Positions 10,908 through 24,004 of a stretch of DNA of 38,561 nt are shown in pieces. Below the pieces are notes generated by a model, which did not search any database, was not told the DNA's origin, and was given only the letters and a program-made list of their open reading frames with translations. The stretch lies in contig MU006125.1 of NCBI GenBank assembly GCA_010093705.1, positions 19,050 through 57,610 on the forward strand, given 5' to 3'. Position 1 is the first letter of the stretch. Each line of letters starts with the position of its first letter. Source of the DNA: Patellaria atrata CBS 101060 (lineage: Eukaryota). Position numbers and translations under genes: made by a program.

Positions 10908-11285
10908 TTATCCTTCAAGCCTATCTTCCTTAATAGCTCTTAGAGAAGGTAAAAATCCACTATGTCGCGATTTGGAGTTCACTACGCGTCTTAGACTAGC
11001 TTTAGGTGATGTTGGTAGCGAGGGAGGTGGTGGTAATAGTAGCGTGATCTTTATCTGAGGAGATCCTAGCACTGCCTTCACAGTCATACTATCGCTATAT
11101 CTCTCGTACATGGCGGATATATCTAATACTCTTTGGATAAGGATGCGTGCTGCGGCGTTGATGTGAAGACTCTCTTTTCTCGCTAGATCATTGAAAATTT
11201 TGGTGGCAACCACTGAGTTTGGAGCAGTAAAGGTGACAGAAACTCCGTTCTGGGTACACTCTTCTACGAGTGAGGGATAAGACAT
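10908..11285 (-). CDS. Hypothetical protein, 125 aa
   Basis: ATG-started ORF with good context (AACAATG), convergent on the cupredoxin gene; no recognised domain. Confidence 0.5.
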   Translation of the reverse strand: MSYPSLVEECTQNGVSVTFTAPNSVVATKIFNDLARKESLHINAAARILIQRVLDISAMYERYSDSMTVKAVLGSPQIKITLLLPPPPSLPTSPKASLRRVVNSKSRHSGFLPSLRAIKEDRLEG

Positions 11286-12348
11286 TGTTTTGTTAAGAAG
11301 ATTCTGGGCGAATAAGGGTCTTATTATTTGGTGATAAGATCCATATATCTAGAGCGTCTAGTGAGAGGTCTATAATCGTGTCAGGCTATTCATAGGACAT
11401 AGATTTAGGAGATTTATGAAAATGAATCTGATGATAGCAGGACTACAAAATATAGAAGATGAAAACCTATTCCACGGTCCTAAATATGAGTTCTATAATA
11501 AATACCTAAACGCGCGCTAACCTCTAACAGTACTAAGTCCTGGCGGCTATATCGAGCTCTTGAACTATAAGTGAGATGATTGCATTTGGTAAGTGACTCT
11601 AATGTACCGTGAATAAGAAATCAACATGAGAATGATCATTATTACGCTAAGTCTATTGTTCGCAACCGCTCGATCCCAGTTCGTCACTTTCGAACAATCC
11701 CTTCCTTGTCTGACCAGTCCCGTTGCGGAGATGAAAGCGGGAGATGACCTGATTTTCCAGTGCGTAGTCTTCATAATGATCATAAATTCCAAAGCAGTTG
11801 GAGCTAATCCCTAAGTTAGACTTTCGAACTCCCGTAATGCGACTTGTCGAGCGACTCTCCTATTCACAGATCCTACTTTCTTGCCGATTAGTGTTATTGC
11901 AAAGCCACATAATTGCTCTAGAGATTAGTTGGCTTCTCTCAAGATTCCTCCCAGTTCCCCAAATGGAACAGCATTCATAAACTGGTACGTTCTCAGAATG
12001 ATTTCAAAAGGGCAATGTTGAACAAGCTAGGCGATGTGTCGGATCCACCGCGTCCTCTTGCGCAATGGTGAACATTACTAATGGCGAAAGTGACTACGAG
12101 GGGTATCAGTATGATCAGGAGAACCTAGAAGCTACAATCAAATGTTGGAACAGTTCTGCAGTTTTTCATCCACTGCCTCGACTTTCATCATCTGGCGGGG
12201 AGTGTCGCAGATCAATTGACTTCCGAAGAATCTAAGGCACGCAATTATAGTAGATACATACATAATAGATTTGGTTAATGTTACGAGAACGTCATAATTA
12301 ACTGTATTCGAGAACTTAGACAAGCGCCACAATAACTGCAATACATCA

Positions 12349-13283
12349 CTAATGATCCGTGCTTCGTTTGTTGCCACCAGATAGGCGCTGTTGCTGCTCA
12401 CAAACTTGTGCAAGACGGAAAACGTTATGCTGTCCATCATTGTAGGATTCAGGCCCATTGTGTGGTGGCATTGAGCTTTGGGAGATGCCTGTAAACCGTT
12501 TAGCGTCACTAGGCTGCACCACAGTGTGAGCTGGACGCTGGTTAGAAAAGGCAGAACCGGAAAGGGGCTTTAATCTCTTATACTGAGATCGCTTCGGAAT
12601 ATTGTGGGTAATTACTTCAGCTTGAGAAGGACCGAAACGGGGTGGTGGAGGTTGGTGTCTGTATTCGTTGGTATAAGGGGGTACCCTCATAGATGATGTA
12701 GGCTTTTGCGCTTCCCCGGTCTGGGAGTGGCCTCGTTGGAAGTGATAGAATCCATTAGCCTAGATGTTGTGAGCTGAGTTAATGTGGACGTTAATTCCTA
12801 AACTGACATGCATAGTCGATTGCCCCATCCCGTGTTCTAAATGAGTCAAACGCATCTCTATTTGTTGCAGCCTCCAGTCTTGGTAATTCAGAATATTTGG
12901 AACCATTTCAAGATTCTTCAACACTGAGTCCATCCTAGCGAGTTCATTGAGAACTAGGTTATGTGTGTTTCTCGTGTCGCCAGCAAACTGGAGCGAGAGA
13001 AGTCCTATGTTGGCCGGTCCACTCTGCGAAAGAGGGATTCTCATTCTTCCCCGTGGTATGGTGCCGTGACCACTCTGTGTAGGGGGTTGGAATGGGGACT
13101 GAAGTGACTTCATTACTTCTGATAGTTGCAGTTCGAAATATTGAGGAGATTGGGGACCTGGAGAAAAATAAAGAACAATTCGGGGAGTCAGAGACCTTTT
13201 ATATTTCCTTAATACTAGCACCAATCGTTCTAGTTCTCATCTGGCTTGCCGGAAATAGTACCGCTGTGACAATCCCATGACAT
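12349..13283 (-). CDS. Hypothetical spliced protein with short coiled coil; tentative exons 13283-13262, 13157-12808, 12759-12349
   Basis: A 48-bp intron GTCAGT..TAG (12807-12760) joins ORFs 12760-13224 and 12349-12690 in frame. The first exon is tentative. Confidence 0.55.
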
Positions 13284-13753
13284 GATCCGGACTCTCACAG
13301 AGCGTTGGCATTCAATGATCCTTACGCATAACAAATGGCTCCAGCAATGCCCGAGGATAGCGGGACATGTGACAGTGATGTGTATCGTCATGACCACTGA
13401 GTGATCCTCTTGGGTTGAAAAAAGCAGGATATACGGCCAGGCATATCGTAATTGATACACTGGGAGTTCGAGGCGCAGTCCACCAACAGGTCTTTGAGGG
13501 CGATTAGAGAGGAGTAACCAATAAACGGCTAAGTAAATGTGCCCCCCGATATGTCTAGGCCGGAGAAGGGATGATGATGGTGCTTCGTAGGTCTGTCCCC
13601 GGCGCTTGTGCTATGGAAATCCGAGACAAAAATGTAAAGTAACGTTCGATGCAATGAAGTATAAGGACTAGGAAGACCTTCGCCAGTTCAACTCGTTCTA
13701 CACCCACAAAAACATCCATTTGTTAAGTGAAATATCCACGCAACTCTTCTATT

Positions 13754-15050
13754 ATGTCGAACAGGAAAAACGCGAATGCCATAATGGCAAGTCAGTATAT
13801 CTTTCTCTGTCTCGTGGTTCGAACTGCTTTTAACTGTTACCAACAGATACCAATGAGCTTGCGCAGACCTTTGTTTCCCCCTGGCAGCTTGAACTGGTGA
13901 ATGAGCAAACTGTCAATTTTGACAATGACCATCTTCTTGATCCTATATTCATGGGGCGCAACGACGAGCTGTCTTGGAATTTTGACTACGTGGAAGCTCT
14001 GAAACGTCAAACCTTACCCTCAGAGCCCAGCATCAGTGACTCAGAGGGGCTATGTGTTGATGTATTCCTCCCCCAACAATTAGATGCCTGGGAGGTATCG
14101 ATATGCAATAGCGGCCGAGCAGTCAATGACGAAGTTCCTGATTCTCAATCGACCAATGGAGTTCTAGAGGAACCCGCAGCTGCTTTTCATACCGGCGTGT
14201 GTGAACCAAGCAAGACGGCATTTGACCATTTTGGTGTGGACACAATACCATCTACACTCATAACAGAACCAGAATCTGAAATTTTTGATTGGGAGAGCCT
14301 AGTTAAGATAGATGAAGACACCGGTTTCAACCCAACTGAGAAGATGCCTCACGAGGAACACCAAGGCGGACAATCCTGTCGTATTGGAGAACTAGATCTG
14401 ATGCGAGGTGAAGGTATAGCTATTGGACAAAGCGACGGGGATGACGATGTAGCTATACTAGCTATGATCGAAGAATACTTCAAGAACCCACAAGTGGCAG
14501 ATGGTAAGGATTCTGAAAGTCCGTCCCACTTCGAGCAACATGTTGATATTTTACAGTATCTCAGCATATTAAGCATGCTAGCGGGGAGAAAGCTTCAGTC
14601 CAACAGGTACCGAGAACCATCCGAGCACCTTGCCTTGATGGCATTTCAGTGGTTAGGTCATTAGCAGCGCATGAACGGCAGAAAAGGCCAGAAAGGAAGC
14701 GCCAGCAACCAGAACGGCTAAGCGACTACTATGCTTATGGTTTAGGATGTCCTCAACGTGATGAATTCATTCTGGAAGTACTGAAAAGGTGCAAAAGACT
14801 TAAGAGGCAAATTAAGAGATTGAGGACCGCAGGAAATGGTTCTGCACTTACCGCTTTGCGGAGGAAATGTCGACAGACATTTGAAGCAGCTGATTGTAAG
14901 CATTGGGAGGAGGTAAAGGCTTCAATAATGGAAATGAAAGAAGCTGCTGAACACATGATTCAGGCTGTGTCTAGCAGGAAAACCCAGCGCCTCGTGTTCA
15001 GAATTATCTCTTCACTTCATGATATTGAAGAGTATCTGGCACTTCTGTAA
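13754..15050 (+). CDS. Hypothetical protein with acidic N-half and basic helical C-terminus; exons 13754-13790, 13847-14606, 14657-15050
   Basis: Two GT-AG introns (56 and 50 bp) join ATG 13754 to ORFs 13897-14664 and 14649-15050 in frame. Confidence 0.7.
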
Positions 15051-15302
15051 ACTAGTAGACGAATCAAGAGTTTATTTATTCTGATCAAGCTTGAGCAATA
15101 CAACACAGACGATGCTGTCGAATTTAGCTGCACCACTAGTTCGTGTCACGTGGTTGGAACAAACATAATTTCCTTGTCAGTGTTACTCTAAATTGTATTA
15201 ATAAAGAACACAAGTTGTAACACCGGCATAACTTGAATCTTTATTAACTTCCTTAGGTAATTCATTTTACAATTTCTGTTCTATAGTGAATTTATGTCCA
15301 TA

Positions 15303-15653
15303 GGGTCTTCTAGAGTCGCAGGACTAAAATCTCCTATTAGCGAAAAGCCCCTATGGTCTTAATTTTAGTGAAAAAGCTTGGGTGAGCGGCAATTAAACGA
15401 ATAACCGCGTTTAGGCCGTAAGGTCTTTACGATTCGCTGGGAATTTCAACCCCGTGGCGGATCTGCCCCTACGGACATTTTTGTCAAAAACGCAGATCCG
15501 CCACAGGGTTGAAATTCCCAGCGAATCGTAAAGACCTTACGGCCTAAACGCGGTTATTCGTTTAATTGCCGCTCACCCAAGCTTTTTCACTAAAATTGTG
15601 CCCGTGGGGGCTTTTTGCTAATGCGAGATTTTGGCCCTGTGACGCCAAAGGAC
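15303..15653. repeat. Long foldback palindrome: 106-bp arms 15361-15466 / 15492-15597, 25-bp spacer, degenerate outer extensions
   Basis: Inner arms are reverse complements with 1 mismatch; the outer ~55 bp on each side still pair imperfectly. Confidence 0.95.
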
Positions 15654-15930
15654 CGAACGGTATCAACTTCCAACAGTTTCAAGCAGTCCTTGCAGAAATT
15701 CAAGTATCTCGAGGGGGGCTCCGCCCCGTGCATCACTGCGTTCGTCAACCCCCGCCGACTCAAGTCTATCCTAGGGAACGTCCCGTAACATCTTCAGAAT
15801 CAAGTATATTGTTGGAATTAAGGGTCACGCAAGGTGACTAGATATCTGAAACGGCCGAAGGCCATGCAATTGAGATAGCTGAATAGCCACCCATATGATA
15901 ATTGACAATCAATGAACACTTTACACCCTC

Positions 15931-16778
15931 CTATATATTACCGTCGCCATCTTGCTGGTACACAACACGCGGTATCCCTAAATCCAACTCTAGACCACGC
16001 TCTTCATCCAGTGCCTTGAACCCCGACCCATCCGCTCGATATCCTAGAAACACCTTCTTGTAGCCCCTCTCAGCCGAAAACATAAACCGGATCGATCCAG
16101 ATATTCGTAGGTCCTGTAGTTCACCCGGTCGTTCCTGTTCGACTAGGCTTTTCGCGAATAGCTTATGCCACGCCATTCTTTCAAGCTTTCTCGATTCTCC
16201 GGAGATCTTAGAGTGTAACTCTTTGAGAGATCTGTATATTGATAAGCGGTACACCTAAGATTACTATGGACTACGTACTTTCGAAGGGCCGTTACCTCAT
16301 TCTCTATTATAACTACTCTAGCACGTTGCGGTAGGCAAGATTCCATGCAGCATTCACCGTGCCGGGACGTGTTCGGAGGTGGTAAGAAAGGGTGCGGTAA
16401 AGATAATTGAGGAGCCATTATTATTTGTGACCATAATGAGGGTTGCGGTACGCCTTAGAACTCTAGTAGGAATATGTGGCCTAGGGAAAATGACGGGAGA
16501 AGAGGGCTAAACGAGGGTTGCATAGGAACATATGGAGGTGTAGGCCCAAAATTTTGAACATATGTTTGGAGTCCAGCATGTGCTGGAACGGATGTATTCG
16601 ATACAATAGGAGGAAGATCTAAACAGTCTCCAATCACTATGCCATAGGGCTGCGGGGTGGGTTGAGGTGTATTCCTCGAACTGTTGGGGACGAACTCCTC
16701 GCTGTCGGGCCTCAAATCCTGAGATTTATCAAGAATCGGACCGGATTCAGGCTGTTCGCAGTGTTGCACGGAGGCCAT
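15931..16778 (-). other. Cluster of short same-strand ORFs; possible degenerate gene
   Basis: ORFs 16455-16778, 16143-16418 and 15931-16254; no domain recognised and splicing unresolved. Confidence 0.3.
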
Positions 16779-16859
16779 AGTGATTAGAAGGCGCGCTCAT
16801 GAGGGTGGTGTGTAGGACATAAAGGAACTCTGATATTATAGGTACGAATGCGTATTCTC

Positions 16860-17290
16860 GGTCTGACCCCTCTGAAGTCGACTTCGAATTCCTCATTCAG
16901 TTCAATCGTCCCTCTCAAATGGGACACTGTAACTACAGATCCCTCATAAGCAGCTAAAGCTTGAGCAGCCATCACAATGATTTCGATTCGCTTGATTAGT
17001 GGTGCGCGGGTATGCGGCTCAGATTTTTTTTCACTTACACATCGGCCGTTGAGCTGTTTGCTAATCAAGTAGTCAAAGTCGGATTTAGTATACTCCGCTT
17101 TACCTTTGTCCGCATCTACCATTCGAAAAACTTTTTCCATACTTTCAAACGAGCTTCTGCGTTGAGCGGCTCGTACCTAAGTGACACATTGATTCTGTTC
17201 GCTACAGCATCATCAATACGGTTCACCCGGTTCGTAGTGAGAATTAGAACTCTGTTATAGTATTCAAGTCTCTGTAGAAGGATGCAGACA
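16860..17290 (-). pseudogene. C-terminal fragment of a fungal AAA+ ATPase
   Basis: Translation LQRLEYYNRVLILTTNRVNRIDDAVANRINVSLRYEPL..RLKVW, a frameshift near 17125, then LNGR..AQALAAYEG..HL..IELNEEFEVDF. No Walker A/B upstream. Confidence 0.8.
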
Positions 17291-17562
17291 AGCGCATTCC
17301 TATGAATGTCTCGAATGGAGCACAGCCTATAGCTAATAAATTATACCTACGTCCAAGCTCTTTCTAGCTCAAATAAAGATCAAATCGAACCATAAGAACC
17401 GCACCTACCGTCCCATGCATAAGAGACCCTGCACTCGCTTCTGCCCCGATGATAGAACTGGAATTGCTTTTTTACTCTAATCACTGCTGGCGGATGGATT
17501 GTTGCGAGCGTGCTTGGAAGCGTAGGACGCTAAAAATGCTTCCCCTTCTTAGACCTAGCTTT

Positions 17563-19540
17563 CTAACGCCTTGTTTTCGAGATTCCTTGCGGTTTCCCAG
17601 AGTACGCTGAGTTTGTGTGTACCGTGGTACGTCGTGTTGATTTTTGTCTGGCCGTTGAGCTCGACTGAGCAGGTTGGACATCTTGATCGGATCCTCGTGA
17701 ACGTAGTTTCTTTATACGATTCGGTATGCACGCACTTCGGCGTAGAGGACCAACCAAGCTAGGGGGTGGAGACGTTGGGTAGCATGTTCGTTGAGATATC
17801 CGTTTGCTCCTGCGTAAGGCCACCTTAGGTGGCTCCTGTACTTCTACATGCGCTATATTATCGGTACGACCCTCAGGCGGCCCCATTCCATAGCAAGTGG
17901 TGCTGAGCTTTTGATTTAGTGGACGTTTTCTCCTCTGGCCAGACTTAAATACTTTCGAAGGTTGGACCTGACTAAGTGGTGACCGTTCCCTGGCGGATTT
18001 TCTTTTGGGCCGAGTGCTCTTCCCCGCCACACTCGATAGAGAAGCATTGCGCACGGGCCCACTTGGTGATGGCTTCGAATATGGTAGGACGGCCCGGTCC
18101 TGGTCCTGGTGATTGCCGTTGAACTGGCTGTCCTGACTGAATGGCGTATACTTCGCAGCGATTTCCGGGAACTCCCGCTCGACCCACGCTAGTAGAGCTT
18201 TCAGCGGCCTTACACGGTCCTGCGGACATAGCAAGTCATTCATCACCTCTTCGGTCTTGGTCTTCTCCCGTTCTATTTCTAGGAAACAAGTCTCCTCTTG
18301 CTCATTTACGCGTTTAAGCCTCTCGCGCATGTATACGTAGTACTTCTCCCATCCGTCTAGTAGATCGCGGTTGTGTTTGCTCCCCCAACTAGATGATGCA
18401 TATTCCGTAGCTACTTCCGTAGACTGTCCCGCGATCCACTCTAGCAGAGTATCCAGCCGTTCCAGACGTGTGTTGGCATAATTCACACTTACCTGACAAC
18501 TCCCTAGGTTTGATCGCGCGACGTCTCTTTGGGCTTCCTTACGTAATTGCTCTATTTCATCCGACTTCTCTGCTTCCAATCTCTTCTGTGCCGATTTGAG
18601 ATCTTCCTCCGCCTGCTCTGTTAATATGTTCCTTTCGGTAGTAGATAGTAACTCCTCCACCCCTAATACTTCCAGTCTCTTCTGCGCTATTTCTACTTCC
18701 TTTTGTGCCTGCGATATTTTCTCTCTATACCTAACCATTTCTGCAGCCCGCTTCCATAATACGGCTTCGGGAATCCCTACTGACCCATTCTGCTTAGCTT
18801 TCATCATCCGCTCCTCTGCTGTTTCTAGCTCTCTTTTCGCTCGGCTAAGCTCCTTCTCTAGAGTATCGCGTTTCCGATACTCATAGATATAGTATTCCCT
18901 CCATTCGTCTAACTTCGTCTGCCGGTTTAGCTGTAGCTCTACGACCCAATCGGTTCCCTTCTCCTGTTGGTACCTATGGACAGCCTCCTTGTATTTATTG
19001 AATATCTTCGAATCCTCCCGCTTTTTGAACTGGTGCCACCGGAAGTCCAGCCATAGGGTGAGTTCATCCCGAGTCCGCCATAGTTCCCCATTCCAATGAT
19101 CTGGAGCATGATATCTTTTGTCTATATCAGATTTCCAAGGAGGGCAGGGACCGGGATCGGGGTTTATCTCGCGAGGAGGCCTACCGCCCACGTTCTTTAA
19201 ATCCTTATAGTTCTCGTAGGCACTATATCGTGTATGCTCAATCAGCTCTTCCTCCGTCAATTCGGCTCCAGCAGTTACAGGAGTACTAGGAGCATCGCTC
19301 GGGGTTGGGGAACGTCTTGGGGAGATTTGCCTGTATTGGATTGAGTAGTTAGCGCTGTATAAGCTTGGTATCGAGCGTGCACCTCACTCACCGTAACTTC
19401 GTGCTAAGTTCATCTGCGTTCACAGCGCGGGATTCAGATGGTTTATCCCTTTCACGTATAAGGGATCTTCGTACAAGAACGCTTAGCAGGAATTCTTGGT
19501 ATATTGAACTAGGACTTACGTGAGCCGTTCCAACCGCTCA
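17563..19540 (-). CDS. Coiled-coil hypothetical protein (>565 aa) with basic disordered tail; small 5' exons, start unresolved
   Basis: Long ORF 17563-19260 with GGRP, ELxxWxxFRxxQ and QTKLDEWREY motifs. Upstream in-frame exons lie between GTAAGT..GCTAAG..AG and GTGAGT..GCTAAC..CAG introns. Confidence 0.8.
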
Positions 19541-20148
19541 TGCGTTAGGTTATGCTTGTCGATGACGTCGATATATCTTAAAAGACAATGCTGCGTTAAC
19601 CCAAGAGCTCTATGCTGAAGCGGTTTATATGAGTTTAAGGGCACTCTATACTTACATGTGGGTTCTATCGCCTGCTCGCTGATCCCATTTCTGAATGTCC
19701 TGGACAGTCAGAGTGTCCAGCTCCTTGGCTAGAATTAGCGGCATATTGAGGTTGATGAGTGGGTGGGGGGTTTAAATGTGCTGAGCAGTTGGGAAAGGTG
19801 TGAAGTGGATGATGGAGGTGGGAAGGCTAAGTAAGCTTGAGGTTTTCGTTTGCGGAAATAGCTTAGTCATATAGTTTGGAGTCCTATTTCTCCGAGCCAT
19901 GGCCTGCATCTGGACGCTCGGGCTTTTCCCCAGTCGTTTCTTCGTTGCCAATCGTTCGCATCACAGCGCGTACTCCTAACATGCTGTGCATGCCAACAGG
20001 GGGCTACTCTAATAGCCAACACCTTATATCATGGCACTTGACCCTCTGCCCTGGTTTAAATGTAATTCTGCGTGTCTTTTATTCTCTTCAGAAGCTGCAA
20101 CGCCAAAGAAGTTCCCCACTCAAAGCTTCCTGACTGTATTCTATCAAA

Positions 20149-23100
20149 ATGAAAGAAGATCCGAACGTCATTTTCATACTAAGGGCAATCAGCCCTTACG
20201 CCCAGAGATGGTTCCAGCACTCGCACAACAAGACATATTACGTACCTCCACCTCATGTCGAGATAGTAGCTGCTGCCAGCCGAGAGTCAACGCCGGCGAC
20301 GAATGTAGGAGATGAAGAGGAGGATGCCGATGGGCTGGGTGACGTTTATGAAGATTTTAGTCCCCAACTCCGCTTCATATTCGACCAAAAGCCGAAGAAT
20401 ATCCAGGCCGGATATGTGTTCGGCAGTAACCCGAAAACCTGCGATGTCTTAATAGGGCGTTCTATAGATGGCATAAGCAGTTCGCATTTCAGGATCACGT
20501 TTGACAGTCAAGCCCAGCTTGTGTTGATAGACTCGTCCATGTTGGGAACGGCAGTCAGCTACGGTGGCCGCGCAAGGAACGACAAACGGAACAATCCACC
20601 GGACCGGAAACGGAACAGACCACGGGACAAATCCCTAGACTTCACGTGGATCCTGTTCCCTGAAATCAAGAACAAAACCGTCGTAATCGGAGGTGCTAAA
20701 CGCCCTAGCAGCTCCAACGTCCCCGTCATCGAGTTCTCGGTGGAGGTTGCGGAGCCCGAGACTGGGTCCTGCAAGGAACAATACACGAATCTGAAGAATG
20801 CATTTCTGGACGAGATGGGAAGGGCGATCCCGTTCGGTCTCGACATCGATAGTTCCCTAACCACCGCAGGCCAGACGGAATCACACTCTCCAACACAGCG
20901 TCCGATACAGCGTCTGAAACAGCGTCCGATCTGGATTGATCTTGAGGAAATCGGAAGGGGCGAATATGGGATTGTCTACCGGGCTATTAATGTGAGTACC
21001 GCTACAATATATGCTGCTAAAATGTTCCTACGGTCGGGAAAAGAGATTCGGGAAAAGTGGGATAGGGAAGTTGCGATTTTGCAGAGTGTTTCGCATGTAA
21101 GGATTATCTCGCTTTAGTAGACGACAATTAACTTGTTTTAGGACCACATCGTAAAGTTTGTAGATCACGATACTGAACATAAATGGCCTCGCCTTATAAT
21201 GGAATACCTGCCCCTTGGAAGCCTAGCGAATCAGCATAGAATCACGGAATATGAGACTATTACACTGCTCTATCAGGGACTTAGCGCTCTTAATTATCTA
21301 CACACTGAAGAGATCGTACATCGCGATCTCAAACCGGAGAATATCCTGGTTCAGTGTCGGGATACCGCCAATTTCTCAATCAAAATTGCTGATTTCGGAA
21401 TGGCTAAGGATGGCTCGTTCCTAAAAACGGTCTGCGGCACACGACTCTACGCTGCCCCGGAAATTTGGAAGGGGTCTCCTTACACCTCTAAGGTAGATAT
21501 ATGGTCGCTGGGTGTTATCGCGTTTAAGTACGCACGTGGCCTCCCGAACGTCCCGAAGGTAAATGGCCAATTCGATGCTGAATCCTGGTATCAGGCACTT
21601 GCTCGGGCGATTTCTAATCGGGGCTCACATAAGTTAGTAGACTTTCTCTCGTCCAGCATGCTGAAGGAGGATCCTCTCGAAAGGCTCTCAGCGAGCGAGT
21701 GTCTGGAAGAATTAGCCAATCTCCGCGAGGTAATTATACCAGCGCAGAATTTTGAAACTGACTACGGAACGCCTACGGAAAAAATGTCCTCGTCATGCAT
21801 CATGGATGCTCTCCGGGCTGCCGGATATGGAGGGGGTCAGGAGACGTCTGTTGAGGAGGCAGAAACACAGATTCACCTCTCCGCACTTAGTATACCCAAG
21901 TCTGACCGGCGACTTGGCAACTATTTTGATACAGCAAAGGAATACGAACGAAGTCGACAGGATGGAGGAGGTCAGGAGTTGGCTACTGAAGAGGCGAGAA
22001 CATGGTCCGCCTTCCCCACGCTTAGCACGCTTAAGTCTGTCCGTCAACCGGGCGAGTTTCTGGAAAGGCTGCCACAGATATGGGATCCTCCCGGCGAAAC
22101 TACGTGCAGGCCGGAAGAAGACGAAGGAAGTCGGCAGGAAGTTGGTATCGGCACAGGCAATGGTTCCGACAGAAAGCATCCGAAACGTCAACGTACCGAG
22201 GGATCCAGCGTTATCACATCCCAACTGACACACCAAACTTCCGGGGAGGTCCTCCTGGCAGCTTTCTCCGACCGTGGGTCCTCAGTCAATACTGATACCT
22301 CGTCTAAGATTACTGAGTGGGAGGGGTCATCGTATTTACGACCATTCAGACTGTCAGAAGTCTTGGAGAGACATTCAATCCAGCATCATGAAGACGACCA
22401 GTCCGCGCCGTCACCGAAGGCGGCAGACAAGAACCAACCATCAGGGTCCTTCCAAAAAGCCACCGTAGAATCTACGGCCCATTTACAGGACGTCCAAAAG
22501 GATTTGGATTTGTCTACGGTTCCGCATGGTCTCATCCGGGACACGGGTACGTTAACGGACGCTGGTGCCCAAGCAAACAGACATTATATGCAAGACACTT
22601 ATAATCGTAGCAAGGAGCAGTTCGAAGAGGTGAAGCAACGCTACACACTCGTAGGAATGAGTAGTCCTCCCTTCGCTGCGGATAAACTGCAATCGAATCT
22701 CCCAGATGAGGTTGGACATGGCAACGGTCCTACTGAACAAACTCAACAACCTACAGAAAAGAGATTTCTGGTGGTTTCGACTATCTATGGCGCTATTCAC
22801 TTACTTGTAGAGGGCTCAAATCTGCTAGTAAATGCCACTAATATTGCAAAGATATTTGGATATAACAGAATTTTATCCTTTAAGGGCAGGCCAAGGCCAA
22901 TTCTAAGCCTTACCAGAGAATTGGACACGCGACTGCAAGGGAGTTACTATACTGTTGAATCCGCGCTTAAATTCTGTGATCTCTTGCCTGCACAATCAGA
23001 TGCACAAGCAACGCATGCGATTGGTCAGGTGCTTAAGGAAACGTTACAGAGATGTATAGAGAATCATCGATCTGGACAAGACAAACTACTTATAAAACCT

Positions 23101-23281
23101 TTATACCGCAACAAAATTCGGCAAAGGTGCGGAAGATGTGCTCGACTGCATATCATTTGCAATCGTGAGATTCCCTGCCAGAATTGCACACAGGCTAGTA
23201 AAGGTGAGCACGATTGATTTAGGTACTAGAGAGTGCGTTCTGACGATTCGACTAGACTGTGTATACGGCGCCCGCCAGTGA
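20149..23281 (+). CDS. FHA - Ser/Thr kinase - KilA-N/APSES-like - Zn2Cys6 protein, ~1011 aa; exons 20149-21096, 21142-23203, 23256-23281
   Basis: FHA-like GYVFGS..CDV..GISSSHF..LIDSSMLGT. Kinase GRGEYG, AAK, HRDLKPEN, DFG, APE. VNATNIAK..LQGSY segment. C-x2-C-x6-C-x5-C-x2-C-x6-C completed across a 52-bp intron. Confidence 0.9.
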
Positions 23282-23403
23282 CACTTGCACGATTCTCTCG
23301 CTCAACTCGGTTTAAGCGGATTATAGCGGGCGGAGTTTGGGCATAACCTCACTGGGCCCTTACGGACGCCAAACTTCAACCCTTCAGATCTTCCCTCTTC
23401 CGT

Positions 23404-24004
23404 TTATCGCTTCTCCTCGAGAACAAAAGGGTGTTGGTGGGGCTGTATCAGCGGCCTGATGCTCTCCCGCAAAGTCCAAGGGCTGGCTGGTAAACCACGC
23501 AAACCAGCCCAAGACGTCGCGTTATCTCGCTCCTTCGGGTCGGCGCTACCAACCGCTCTCCTCTCGGTAGAATGGATTATCCCCTTCTTTGCACTTGTCG
23601 AACACGGCCTGCGCTGCCGGATCGAGACCTGCGACATCTCCGAAGAAGGCTTCGAAGAGATCAGGAACGTCAACGTGGAGTTCACGAAGCTGGCCGTGTT
23701 GCGGAGCAATGGTGTTTGTTGAAAGGGTGATGCGGGACGGGAGAGGGAGGGTCGATTCGGCGATGGCGTCGTAGACCTTGTTCCAGGTGACTTCATCGGG
23801 CTCATCATTAAGGTCTGCTTTTAGAAGAGGGGTTATTCGGTCGGTGCCGAAGTCATCGGTGTTGACTACGGTCATAAGTTTTGACATATCGTCAAGGAGG
23901 TTCTTGCCGCCACAGTTTGAAGGTAGATAACGTGAGGCAGGGAGGGTTTGCAAAGCGGAGACAAGAGCGGCCAATAGATCTTGGAGTTGAAGATGATGTC
24001 TCAT
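23404..24004 (-). pseudogene. N-terminal fragment of a FunK1-type fungal protein kinase
   Basis: QQTPLLRNTASFVNS and FEAFFGDVAGLDPAAQAVFDKCKEGDNPFYREESGW*RRPEGAR*RDVLGWFA resemble the region preceding the FunK1 kinase domain. Frameshift, stops, no catalytic domain. Confidence 0.75.
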
